Origin: an uncultured archaeon
GTDB lineage: Archaea; Thermoproteota; Nitrososphaeria_A; Caldarchaeales; Wolframiiraptoraceae
Length of the DNA: 64,000 nt
Assembly: GCA_937974645.1 (NCBI GenBank)
Contig: CALJVH010000010.1
Coordinates: 65,771-129,770 of the forward strand
Direction: 5' to 3'
The notes under the pieces are model-generated. The model was not told where the DNA came from. It worked only from the letters and a program-made list of their open reading frames with translations, and ran no database searches. The translations under genes were made by a program, and so were the position numbers. The stretch's first letter is position 1, and every line of letters begins with the position of its first letter. This document shows positions 55,912 through 64,000 of the stretch, one piece after another.

Positions 55912-56349
55912 TTACTCTCCAGAGACCCAGTACTCTCTCTCATCGGTTATCTCCTTCTTCCAGATCGCCGCCTCCCTCTTCATCCTCTCAACAGCCTCCC
56001 TTAGCGTCTCGAAAACCCTCTCTCTATGGGCTCCTGCAACGATAATGTAGACTATGTCCTCTCCGACCGAAAGCTCCCCTATCAGGTGGTGTATTCTGAC
56101 ATCTACGATTCCAGGCCTCTCTAACAGCTCTCTCGCGATTTTCTCTAGGCTCCTTTCGGCCTCCTCACGGTACGCCTCGAAGACCAGCTTCCTGACTCTT
56201 CCGCCCCTCAGACCCCTGCTCCTGACAATTCCTATGAAGCATGCGATTGCACCCGCTTCATTCAGCTCTGGATTCTCCCTAACCTTCCTCAAAATCTCCT
56301 CCAAGCTTATCTCGCCCCTCCCATGTACGCCGACACTATAGATGCCCAT
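55912..56349 (-). CDS. moaE: Molybdopterin synthase catalytic subunit MoaE
   Basis: 145 aa (GAIACFIGIVR...YREEAERSLEKI...HRERVFETLREAVERMKREAAIWKKE). Convergent with moaD, with 1 nt between the stops. Confidence 0.8.
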   Translation of the reverse strand: MGIYSVGVHGRGEISLEEILRKVRENPELNEAGAIACFIGIVRSRGLRGGRVRKLVFEAYREEAERSLEKIARELLERPGIVDVRIHHLIGELSVGEDIVYIIVAGAHRERVFETLREAVERMKREAAIWKKEITDEREYWVSGE

Positions 56350-56489
56350 ACTTCCATCCCCAGAAGGCTATTCCCATGAATGCATGAGCCCCTAGAACTT
56401 TTTTCACGTCCGATTTTATGAGTATTAGGCCTATGATGCTTTAGCGATGCCTTAAATAATGATCGGGAGGAAAATATTTCAGGATCGGT

Positions 56490-56870
56490 TTGGGGCGCGG
56501 TCATAGAGGTTTAAGCGAGCTCTTATCAGCACTTATCCTCCTCAGCATCTCCGTGGCTGTAGCTTTCATCATGGTGTATTATCTACCCGTTGTATCGCCT
56601 CCCAGCCTCAAGCCGTGGCTGAGGCCAACCCTAGTAGCGGCGTTTAAGGACTCGGGTAGCATGAAGATATACCTCTATAATCCCCACTCCGATAACATAA
56701 GGGTGCTTGAGGTATGGAGTGAGGGCTCAGGGCTTAGTTTCACATGCGCAGGCTCAAGTGACTGCACTATAGGGCCGAGGACCTACGAGGAGTTAACTAT
56801 CTTCGGATCAGCATCTTCCGTTCTTCTGAGGTTTGATACTGACGCCTGGATGGAGGTAAGATTCGGTTGA
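56490..56870 (+). CDS. Type IV pilin-like protein with an archaeal class III signal peptide
   Basis: MGRGHRG/LSELLSALILLSISVAVAFIMV: basic residues, Gly, then a small or polar residue and an acidic residue before the hydrophobic helix. TTG start, with the TATA-like ttaaataa about 35 nt upstream. Confidence 0.7.
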   Translation: MGRGHRGLSELLSALILLSISVAVAFIMVYYLPVVSPPSLKPWLRPTLVAAFKDSGSMKIYLYNPHSDNIRVLEVWSEGSGLSFTCAGSSDCTIGPRTYEELTIFGSASSVLLRFDTDAWMEVRFG

Positions 56871-56969
56871 TAGCAGGGAAATCCGAGAGTATATCGCGTC
56901 CATGTCATTTATTTCACCCAATTATACCTACCATCATCATATCTAGTCCTGCTGGAGGAGGTGCCTTGA

Positions 56970-58307
56970 TTGGCTGAGCTGAGGGGCGAGAGGGAGGTCC
57001 CGAGGGTCTTTGTGGAGTATCATGTTGGGGATGCTGCCGTTAGGCTTAGGCAACGTGATAACAACCTATTCTACGAGGTTGAGGAGCCCGCTTTGACGGA
57101 GATTGTTAGGAAGCTCCTAGACCAGGCCATGGACGAGTACGTGAAGAAGGGAACTGATCCGGAGAAGCTCGCCGAGAAGTATTCTAGGAGGCTTGACTCC
57201 TCCGAGGCCGTCTCCTTCAGGTACCATCTCCTCAGAGAGCTTAGGGGATTCTCGAAACTCCACGTCTTCATGCATGATGACCAGATAGAGGACTTCACGA
57301 TAACGATGCCGGGGCCCGTCAGGCTGATCCATAGGCTCGCGCCCCACTACGAATGGATTGAGAGTAATGTGGTTGTGGAGTCGGACGAGGAGCTCGATAA
57401 GCTTGTCAAGCTGGTGGTTGAGAGATCTGGCGGGTCTATAACTCCCGCCAGCCCGGTTGTCGAGATACTTACATCGAATTTCGATCGCGTCGCGGGTGTC
57501 TTGAGGGGTGAGGTCTCCTTCCACTCAAGCATAACTGTCCGGAAGTTCCCGAGAAGGCCCTATAGCCTTGCGAGGCTCGTGAGGCTTGGAACTCTGAAGT
57601 CGGAGGTTGCTGCCGCGCTTTGGCTCGCCGTAGAACTTAAGTGCAACGTGATCATCGCGGGGCTGACGGGGAGTGGTAAGACCACCCTCCTGAACTCTCT
57701 CCTCCTCCAGCTCCCCAAGAATTATAAGATTCTGACAGTCGAGGAGCATCCTGAGATAAATCTCAAGGATCATCCGGGCTGGCTTCCTCTCTACGCGAGG
57801 CTTCCAACGAGCCCGGCTGCGAGGCAGACTGCTATTTCCTTAACTCAGCTTCTGAAAGCGGCCCTAAGACATAGGCCAACGGTGATCGCCGTTGGAGAGG
57901 CTAGGGCTGAGGAGGTGCAAGACATGATTACGGCGGCATCCATCGGGCATGGAACAGCCACGACTCTGCATACGGATAATCTTGAACATATGCTGAGGAG
58001 GCTCACAAGCCATCCCATGAATTTGAGATCTGATCAGCTAGCCATGATAGACTATGCCGTCTTCATAGTTAAAATGCCTGATGGAAGGCGACGCGTAAAA
58101 GAAATCTATGAAAACATGTCCGGGAAATGGGAGCCCATCTACGATCATGAGAGCGGCAAGTTCAAGCTGCCCGAGAAGATCGGAGAGAAGCTCGCCATGA
58201 CTTCTCGCGGCCTTGAACCGCATGAGCTAGTAGCCTTAGAGATTAGGAGGAGAGCAGAACAGCTGAGGGCTCAGGCTAGGAGGGAGGAGGTGGTGGCCGC
58301 TGTTTGA
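56970..58307 (+). CDS. FlaI/PilB/VirB11-family type II/IV secretion ATPase
   Basis: Walker A GLTGSGKTT, VIAVGEARAEE, and GHGTATTLHTD. 445 aa. Confidence 0.9.
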   Translation: MAELRGEREVPRVFVEYHVGDAAVRLRQRDNNLFYEVEEPALTEIVRKLLDQAMDEYVKKGTDPEKLAEKYSRRLDSSEAVSFRYHLLRELRGFSKLHVFMHDDQIEDFTITMPGPVRLIHRLAPHYEWIESNVVVESDEELDKLVKLVVERSGGSITPASPVVEILTSNFDRVAGVLRGEVSFHSSITVRKFPRRPYSLARLVRLGTLKSEVAAALWLAVELKCNVIIAGLTGSGKTTLLNSLLLQLPKNYKILTVEEHPEINLKDHPGWLPLYARLPTSPAARQTAISLTQLLKAALRHRPTVIAVGEARAEEVQDMITAASIGHGTATTLHTDNLEHMLRRLTSHPMNLRSDQLAMIDYAVFIVKMPDGRRRVKEIYENMSGKWEPIYDHESGKFKLPEKIGEKLAMTSRGLEPHELVALEIRRRAEQLRAQARREEVVAAV

Positions 58308-58323
58308 TCAGCTTCTAGGATTC

Positions 58324-59712
58324 TTGCTCAACGTGAACACCCTGATGATTATCGCATTGATCGTTCTTCTGGCCCTACTCCCAATAGCGTTAAGGAAGGA
58401 GAGGGCTGCGAGGCTCGAGGAGGAGCTCCCGATATTCCTGAGCTATCTCTATGCGAGGCTCGAGGCCGGCTGGAGCTTGAGGAAAGCGCTTGAGGCCGCT
58501 GCGGCCGAGAAGGCACTCATGCCAACATTCCACCAAGAGGCTGGGAGGATGATTAGGGAGGCTGAGAGGAGGGGTGATTTGCCCGGAACACTACTCGGAT
58601 ATAAGACCCCCAGCCTGAGGGTTACGAGCGTGCTCAGGTCGATTGGAGAGGAGGCCTTCACGGGATTTGATCCGGCCACAAGAGTTCAGGTCCTGCTTTG
58701 GGATGAGGAGGAGTATGCCGCCGAGCGGGCTAGGAAGAAGGCTGAGAGCGCGGAGAACTTGGCCGAGGCGAGCCTGATGGTCATGATCCTCATCCCACTC
58801 TTTATCTCATTCACCGCATTCTTCGGCGGTAGCCTTGAGCTCATATTCCCTATAGTCGTGCTGTCCTCAATCACGACCTACATAGCCTCGGTAGCCCTCC
58901 AAGGAGTCCCAATAGTGATCCTCTCGCCTAGGGCCGCGCGGGTATTCCCGGCTCAGCTCGTACTGATAGCCGCCGTAATTGCTATCTCTATACCAATTAG
59001 AAATATTCAGCTGGCCAATCCGCTGATTTACCTAGGCTTGGGAGCTGGGCTGATAGGCCTCTCAATTCCAGCCAGCCACGAGGTTAGGAAGGCGATCTTT
59101 GAGATGGAAGGTGGACATCTGCTGGCGCAGGGGCTGGCCGCGAAGCTCCAGCTCGGCTACCCGGTCGAGAGATCTTTCCAGCTCATCAAGGATGGTAGGG
59201 TCGTGGAGCAGGTTAGGAGGGTCTCGTTGGGCATCGAGACCGATCCGAGGAGCAGGCAGCTCCAGCTCGTCCTCTCGACAATTAAGGTTGTGAGGGATAG
59301 CGGCGCCGGGGGGAAAGCTCTTGAGATCGTCGCCAGAACCGCTCAGAAGCTCTATCACGCCTATCGAGATCTCAGGAGTAGGCTCAAGTTCTATGAGATC
59401 ATCAGTATGGCGGCCGGCCCTCTGGTCCTGATAATGAGCTTCACGATAACCAGACCCCTCAAGGAATTCTCCGCGAAATATGCTACTGGCCTAACCAGTG
59501 GAGGGGTGTTTATCCAGCCGGCCCCCCTCTTCGGCGGGGTCGCCTTGGAGGGTCTTGGGGCGGTTCTACTTCCGGTAGGCGTTATCCTTGCCCTAATCCT
59601 CGGACTAGCGGTCTCGAAGCTCTGCGATCATACGGTGGCCAGCACTTGGAGGGCGGGAGTCGGCATAATCGCCGTTACCTTGATATACCTGGCCTTAGAG
59701 CCCTATTGGTGA
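58324..59712 (+). CDS. FlaJ/TadC/T2SS-F-like polytopic membrane platform protein
   Basis: 462 aa. Two cytoplasmic helical domains alternate with TM clusters. It lies 16 nt downstream of the ATPase. Confidence 0.75.
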   Translation: MLNVNTLMIIALIVLLALLPIALRKERAARLEEELPIFLSYLYARLEAGWSLRKALEAAAAEKALMPTFHQEAGRMIREAERRGDLPGTLLGYKTPSLRVTSVLRSIGEEAFTGFDPATRVQVLLWDEEEYAAERARKKAESAENLAEASLMVMILIPLFISFTAFFGGSLELIFPIVVLSSITTYIASVALQGVPIVILSPRAARVFPAQLVLIAAVIAISIPIRNIQLANPLIYLGLGAGLIGLSIPASHEVRKAIFEMEGGHLLAQGLAAKLQLGYPVERSFQLIKDGRVVEQVRRVSLGIETDPRSRQLQLVLSTIKVVRDSGAGGKALEIVARTAQKLYHAYRDLRSRLKFYEIISMAAGPLVLIMSFTITRPLKEFSAKYATGLTSGGVFIQPAPLFGGVALEGLGAVLLPVGVILALILGLAVSKLCDHTVASTWRAGVGIIAVTLIYLALEPYW

Positions 59713-59728
59713 GCTACAAAAGGGTAAA

Positions 59729-60865
59729 ATGATGAGCTTAGCCGGCGTCCTCCAGCTCCTGCAAAGGCTCGAGGTCTTGGCGATAATAGCCGCCTCTATC
59801 GCGGTAATTTTGATTCTAGCATTAAGAAGGAAGGAAAAAAGCAAGAAGGATTCGGGCACCTCCAAAGAGGAGTTGGATTCCATAAAAGTGATCTCCGGGC
59901 TTGAGGAGGCCGTTGAGGAGGGGAAGCCCGCGCCTCCGGAGAAGGATGTAAGAGAGCTTTCGGATGAGGAGTTAGCCAAGCTCGAGGCAAGAGTTATAGA
60001 ATCATTGATAATTAAGGGGGCTCTTAGGCCTCTTCCAATCCCAGCCAGCAAGGAGGGAGGCCATTATCCAGAGCTTACCGGGGTCTCGGAGAGGGATGCT
60101 CGGCGCCTTATCAGGGGGCTTATCGAGAAGGGCCTCGTGGTCGAGGCTGAGAGGGAGTTCTCTACGGTCGCCTGTCCGATCTGCGGCTCATGCAACCAAG
60201 TAGCATTCATCTCATGCAGGAACTGCGGCTCCTTCAGGATTGAGGAGACGAGGTACTACAGGCATACATGCGGCTACATCGGCCCCGAGTCGAGTTTTAA
60301 GGGCGAGCTTGGGCCCATCTGCCCCCGCTGTGGGGGAGCCGAAAACATAGAAACTTATCATAAGAAGTATAGGTGCCCAGACTGCGGCGCCGAGTTCGAG
60401 GAACCGAACCTCGCGTTCAAATGTGGGTCATGTGGCTCCCTCTATGATGAGCAGACAATGGAGATCAAGCCCTTCAAGAGAATAGTGTCCTCGAGGGAGA
60501 TGCTGACCGAGTATGAGAAGGTGAGCAGTGCGGTTAACAGGCAGATAGAGCTCTTGAGGCAGCAGGGATACGAGGTCGAGAAGCCCGCGAGCTTGGTCGG
60601 CGAGTCCGGGGTCATCCACAAATTCGATGCCGCCGCCAAGAAGGGAGACGAGATGATAGCCATAGTATCCTCCTTCGGCGAGCCCTTAACCCAAGTCTTG
60701 GTTAGGCTAGGCGTCGCGAGAAGCGACTTGAAGCTGAGTAAGATAATACTCGTGACCGGCGATAGGCCCACCACCACCGAGAGGGACTTCGCGAGAAGCC
60801 TTAAGATAGACGTAGTGGAGACTACCGAAGCTCCTAGATCCTCGCCTTCCTCGCGGAAGCCCTGA
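59729..60865 (+). CDS. N-terminally membrane-anchored cytoplasmic protein with an acidic linker, a wHTH-like segment, a multi-zinc-ribbon module and an alpha/beta C-terminal domain
   Basis: TM helix LEVLAIIAASIAVILILAL followed by RRKEKSKK. Cys pairs: CPICGSC, CRNCG, CPRCG, CPDCG and CGSCG. C-terminus GESGVIHKFDAAAKKGDEMIAIV.... It lies 16 nt downstream of the platform gene. Confidence 0.7.
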   Translation: MMSLAGVLQLLQRLEVLAIIAASIAVILILALRRKEKSKKDSGTSKEELDSIKVISGLEEAVEEGKPAPPEKDVRELSDEELAKLEARVIESLIIKGALRPLPIPASKEGGHYPELTGVSERDARRLIRGLIEKGLVVEAEREFSTVACPICGSCNQVAFISCRNCGSFRIEETRYYRHTCGYIGPESSFKGELGPICPRCGGAENIETYHKKYRCPDCGAEFEEPNLAFKCGSCGSLYDEQTMEIKPFKRIVSSREMLTEYEKVSSAVNRQIELLRQQGYEVEKPASLVGESGVIHKFDAAAKKGDEMIAIVSSFGEPLTQVLVRLGVARSDLKLSKIILVTGDRPTTTERDFARSLKIDVVETTEAPRSSPSSRKP

Positions 60866-63368
60866 ATCTTCTGACGATAATAACGATCATTGGGGTCGCT
60901 ATCACCGCGACTATGACCGGTAGGAACGCTATGAGGTCCTGAACGTAGATTATCAGGCCGAGGAGGTCCACGGCCTCGAGCTCCACCACCGCGCTCTCTC
61001 CCGGGCGAATTATTCTATCTACCTTCAGCGGCCCACATCTCACCTCAAGTTGATATGCGTTGAGATATGGAATTCCCGAGAACTCCGTGAGTCCATCAGG
61101 ACCCGATTTAAGCTCTCCTAAAACGATATCCGAGACGTGAAGCTTGATAGAGGCGCCCGGAAGCGGGTTCCCGAGCATATCGACAACCTTGACTATGACT
61201 CCCGTTCGCTTAGCCTCAACCTCGATCAAGTCTCCTGCGAACGTTACACTCCCCGCGAATAAGAGGAGCGCCGTCCTCGGGTAATAGATCTTCAAGCTAT
61301 AGTTCGCAAAAGGCATTAGGCCGAAGGATATCATGCCCTGCCCATCCGTGAGCCCTTCACTTTTCAGGTCTGCAGGTCCTATCAATATAACCCTAGCATT
61401 GGTGATCGACAAACCATCACTCCAGAACGCCTTAATCACCATTTCCTTAACTGGCAACTCAAGTTCCCGCATGCTCGCAAGCTCTTCGATGCTCGTGATC
61501 AAGGAGACCAGAGTCATGCCCTGCTCATTAACAACCGTGAGATTGCATAAGCCGCGTGGAACTAGCTCTATGGAAATCGTATCGGATGGCTGCTCCGCCT
61601 CATGCCTATGGCCTGATGAGTCCACGAAAATCCAAGATGCGGGGAAGGGTCTTCCATCAGCAGTTCTAAGCTCGAGCCTGATATCATATACGCCAGCGAT
61701 TATGTTCCACGATCCAGATCCAGAAACTCCTATTCGATCACGGTACACTTCGATGCCCTTCCATAGAATCTTGACAAGGTATTTTCCCTCCGGGATTCCC
61801 GGGAAGCTCACGTATCCCCACCGGTCAGCTCTGGCCTCAACGCCGCCCAAGATCACCGAAGCATTCCCAAGCTCCACACCGGTCTCCGAATAGATGTGGA
61901 AGGTTATTGAGTGCAGTGGTAGCTGAAGCTCCATGAGCTGGCCCGGCTGGAATACTCCCGACGCCTCCGCGCACGTCTTGAAGATCGGTGAGCAGTTTAA
62001 TGCCCGCACATGATAATCGCCCACCACAAGCTGGGTTATATTCAGGAGCCCTGAGTTTGAGTATAGCGCCAGCTCCGGTAGCGCTTTCCGGGGATCAGAT
62101 AACGTGAAGTTCGCGGCGATCGGCGCTCCACCGCTATCAACAGCCTGAACCAGTAGATCATCTACTGGGAGCCTTAGCGCAAGCCTCGGCTTCTTGATCT
62201 CAGGAGAGATCGTCGGGTGATATCCGATCCATACCCATTCATCCAGAAGCTTAACCCCCATCCAGTATGCTTGGAGAGAGTGATTTCCATTCGGGACGAA
62301 CTGATATAATGTTAAGCCGTCCTTTGCAATAGTCTCAACGCCGTCCAAGATTATCCTCGCACCATCTAGATGCCTTTCCCTCAAATCCAGCGCCCTCACC
62401 TCGACGTTGAAAAGAAGTGTTCTAATGCCCTCAGACGCGAGATCGTAGGCGGCGTGATAGCCTATGTGCACGAGCGGCGACTCCTGCAGGAACATGCTGC
62501 TATTCCAGTATACCCTAACTTCGTAATCGTCCTCTTTGAGCCTGTGGAGCTTTATCGTCCCATTCTCCGGCGTGATGTACTCCCTCACGTCATAGTAGTG
62601 GATGAGCCTCCTTATCACGACTCTCGCGCCAGCGATAGGATTCAAGCCCTCGTAATCCGTTACCGTGAGGTTGAAGCTCCTGTAAGGCTGGATCTCGAAG
62701 GGCCCATGAGTAGGATAAGCCTCGAGCGTGTAATCTATCCAGCCAGGGTAATGGATCTTCAAATCTACGACGGGTTTGAGGAGCCGCTCCTCCGGGTATA
62801 TGTCAGGCGGGATGAAGATGTTGAACTCAAGCATTATTGATGATCCGGGACTAAATCCCTTGAGGATGTAGTCTATAGGGTTGAACGCCTTAAGCTCCAC
62901 GTTCGCATCAGCCCTAGATGCCCAGTCTCTTCCAGGATACTTCTTCCACGGAAACCAGAGCAGGGCGTAATAGAGCTTTATGGGCTTCCCCGAACAAGCC
63001 TTCACAATCATCAGCCTGGCATCGAAGTAAACTTGGCCTCCAATCCCGTGCGCGTCCTCTATCTTGAGGACATAATTCGTTATCCAGCCGCTTTCGTTCA
63101 TCTCCCGAGCTCTTGCTTCGATTGATGTGAGGTCGCGCTCCGGAATGTCATCGAATTTCACCTCATAGGGCTTGGATAGTCTTGCGGAGCAATCAGTGTT
63201 TGTTATGTTCGCTCTTAGCTCCCCCCACTCGCCCATGTACAGTTCTGCTGGGAGAAGCTCGACCGAGAAGCTCCAGGTAGGCTGAGCGCTTGAAGAGGTT
63301 ATCATGAGGGAGATAGTTGAGACAGCTATCAGGAGGGATGGGAGGGCCGCGGAGACCTTGAGACGCAT
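60834..63368 (-). CDS. Large surface protein (844 aa): signal peptide, at least 6 carboxypeptidase-regulatory-like/PEGA-like beta-sandwich repeats, and a C-terminal TM anchor
   Basis: N-terminus LPSLLIAVSTISLMITSSSAQ. Repeats such as GNASVILGGVEARADRWGYVSFPGIPEGKYLVKILWKG and GASIKLHVSDIVLGELKSGPDGLTEFSGIPYLNAYQLEV. C-terminus LPVIVAVIATPMIVIIV followed by RRFRASARKAR. Many N-x-S/T sequons. Confidence 0.75.
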   Translation of the reverse strand: MRLKVSAALPSLLIAVSTISLMITSSSAQPTWSFSVELLPAELYMGEWGELRANITNTDCSARLSKPYEVKFDDIPERDLTSIEARAREMNESGWITNYVLKIEDAHGIGGQVYFDARLMIVKACSGKPIKLYYALLWFPWKKYPGRDWASRADANVELKAFNPIDYILKGFSPGSSIMLEFNIFIPPDIYPEERLLKPVVDLKIHYPGWIDYTLEAYPTHGPFEIQPYRSFNLTVTDYEGLNPIAGARVVIRRLIHYYDVREYITPENGTIKLHRLKEDDYEVRVYWNSSMFLQESPLVHIGYHAAYDLASEGIRTLLFNVEVRALDLRERHLDGARIILDGVETIAKDGLTLYQFVPNGNHSLQAYWMGVKLLDEWVWIGYHPTISPEIKKPRLALRLPVDDLLVQAVDSGGAPIAANFTLSDPRKALPELALYSNSGLLNITQLVVGDYHVRALNCSPIFKTCAEASGVFQPGQLMELQLPLHSITFHIYSETGVELGNASVILGGVEARADRWGYVSFPGIPEGKYLVKILWKGIEVYRDRIGVSGSGSWNIIAGVYDIRLELRTADGRPFPASWIFVDSSGHRHEAEQPSDTISIELVPRGLCNLTVVNEQGMTLVSLITSIEELASMRELELPVKEMVIKAFWSDGLSITNARVILIGPADLKSEGLTDGQGMISFGLMPFANYSLKIYYPRTALLLFAGSVTFAGDLIEVEAKRTGVIVKVVDMLGNPLPGASIKLHVSDIVLGELKSGPDGLTEFSGIPYLNAYQLEVRCGPLKVDRIIRPGESAVVELEAVDLLGLIIYVQDLIAFLPVIVAVIATPMIVIIVRRFRASARKARI

Positions 63369-63560
63369 GATTCTTCTAACATGAAGCAGAGGCTGAAGAT
63401 AAGTTTAGTAGCCCAGGTCCTCGAGCAAATCTTATATATGGTTGATGAGTTAATTATCCAAGCGCTCCAGAGGCGGATGATGATGGATGGAAATGGACGA
63501 ACCTGCTTGAGCGGTCTCCGCACCCTCTGGAGCTACTGGTATTTTAGCTTCTATTATTTT

Positions 63561-63579
63561 GCCCTGGCTTAGCCAGGGC
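63561..63579. other. Perfect 8-bp stem / 3-nt loop hairpin (gccctggc tta gccagggc) followed by a T-run
   Basis: Read directly. It lies in the 337-nt divergent spacer between the surface-protein gene and the aldolase gene. Its role is unknown. Confidence 0.4.
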
Positions 63580-63705
63580 CCGCCTGTAATTTTTGTTCTG
63601 GAGGTTTTTACATGTTCGGGGTCCATTCTCCAGATTTTCTGGAGTATCGGCTTGGGCTTGATGCGCCCATAGTATTTGGTCTAGAGTTGTTTAGAGGTGG
63701 TGTGT

Positions 63706-64000
63706 ATGGTTTGGGGTAAGAGTGTTAGGTTGAGTAGGATAATGGAGGCTGGTAGGATGCTGTGCGTGCCGATGGATCATGGTGTCAGCTCCGGGCCGGT
63801 GAGGGGCATTGATAATATATGGGAGACGATAAGGAAGCTGGAGTCCGCCGGCGTGACCGCGATACTGGTTCACAAGGGGATAATCAAAAGCTTGGATGAG
63901 CCTCCGAGGACTGGGATCATAATGCACGCATCGGCCAGCACGAGCCTCTCCACATCGCCGAACTGGAAGGTGAAGGTCGCCTCGGTTGAGGAGGCTATTA
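63706..64000 (+). CDS. DhnA-type class IA aldolase (fructose-bisphosphate aldolase / ADH synthase family), N-terminal part; 3' end outside the window
   Basis: Hand translation: MVWGKSVRLSRIMEAGRMLCVPMDHGVSSGPVRGIDNIWETIRKLESAGVTAILVHKGIIK.... The pattern (G)K..RL.RI......VPMDHG...GP..G is typical of archaeal FbaB/AroA-prime proteins. It is absent from the ORF track because no stop is reached. Confidence 0.75.
   Translation, partial: MVWGKSVRLSRIMEAGRMLCVPMDHGVSSGPVRGIDNIWETIRKLESAGVTAILVHKGIIKSLDEPPRTGIIMHASASTSLSTSPNWKVKVASVEEAI

Noticed and set aside
63381-63572. 63-aa plus-strand ORF in the divergent spacer before the aldolase gene.
   Set aside because: Odd composition (MMMDGNG, WSYWYFSFYYF) with no recognisable features. 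It is kept only as context for the hairpin observation, not as a gene call.
1-64000. Search for CRISPR arrays, transposases/IS elements, integrases next to the tRNA genes, and defence or toxin-antitoxin modules.
   Set aside because: I saw no regularly spaced direct repeats, no transposase-like or integrase-like ORF, and no duplicated tRNA 3' segment that would mark an integration site. The only AbrB-like domain is part of a 439-aa membrane protein, not a small antitoxin. This was a by-eye scan, so short or degenerate repeats could have been missed.

Overview
Chromosomal window from an archaeon. The gene content looks like the TACK group (Korarchaeota/Thermoproteota-like): Alba, TFE, Nop5, Trm56, eL40/eS30/eL19/eL32/eS4 ribosomal proteins, two intron-containing tRNA-Val genes, and a GAPN + PFK-A + class-IA aldolase style of glycolysis. 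Taxonomy is inferred from gene content only. Coding density is high and most genes are housekeeping. In order: a BMP-type ABC importer with a fused double permease; a HemL-like aminomutase; LarA-like, Trm56 and TFE genes; L40e, Alba and AspRS; and a MacB/FtsX-type ABC operon with a large secreted protein. These are followed by gapN and a roughly 14-kb same-strand block running S30e-L24-S4e-L5-S14-S8-L6-L32e-L19e-L18-S5-L30-L15-SecY-DUF106-ilvC-leuCDBA. Next come Nop5, argF, two radical-SAM genes, a sugar-phosphate cluster (FucI-like isomerase, rpe, MalK-like ATPase, PFK), a P-type ATPase, a second divergent LeuA-like/LeuB-like pair, oxidoreductases, deoC, UDG, moaD/moaE, and the start of a DhnA-type aldolase. 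Four short genes lie below the ORF-track cutoff and were found by hand translation: L40e, S14, S30e and a 56-aa zinc ribbon. The best candidates for something undescribed are: (1) a compact type IV pilus-like locus at 56.5-63.4 kb, whose fourth operon gene is a membrane-anchored multi-zinc-ribbon protein and which ends against a convergent 844-aa surface protein; (2) a signal-peptide/coiled-coil/TM protein with a C-terminal AbrB/SpoVT-like domain at 39.7-41.1 kb; (3) a LeuA-like/LeuB-like pair with altered catalytic motifs at 49.3-51.7 kb. Also notable are a heavily decayed Mrp/ApbC-type ATPase pseudogene (19.4-20.4 kb), several long ORF-free spacers, and an ABC ATPase whose conserved N-terminus lies upstream of any canonical start codon. 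I saw no CRISPR array, transposase, integrase or recognisable defence genes.
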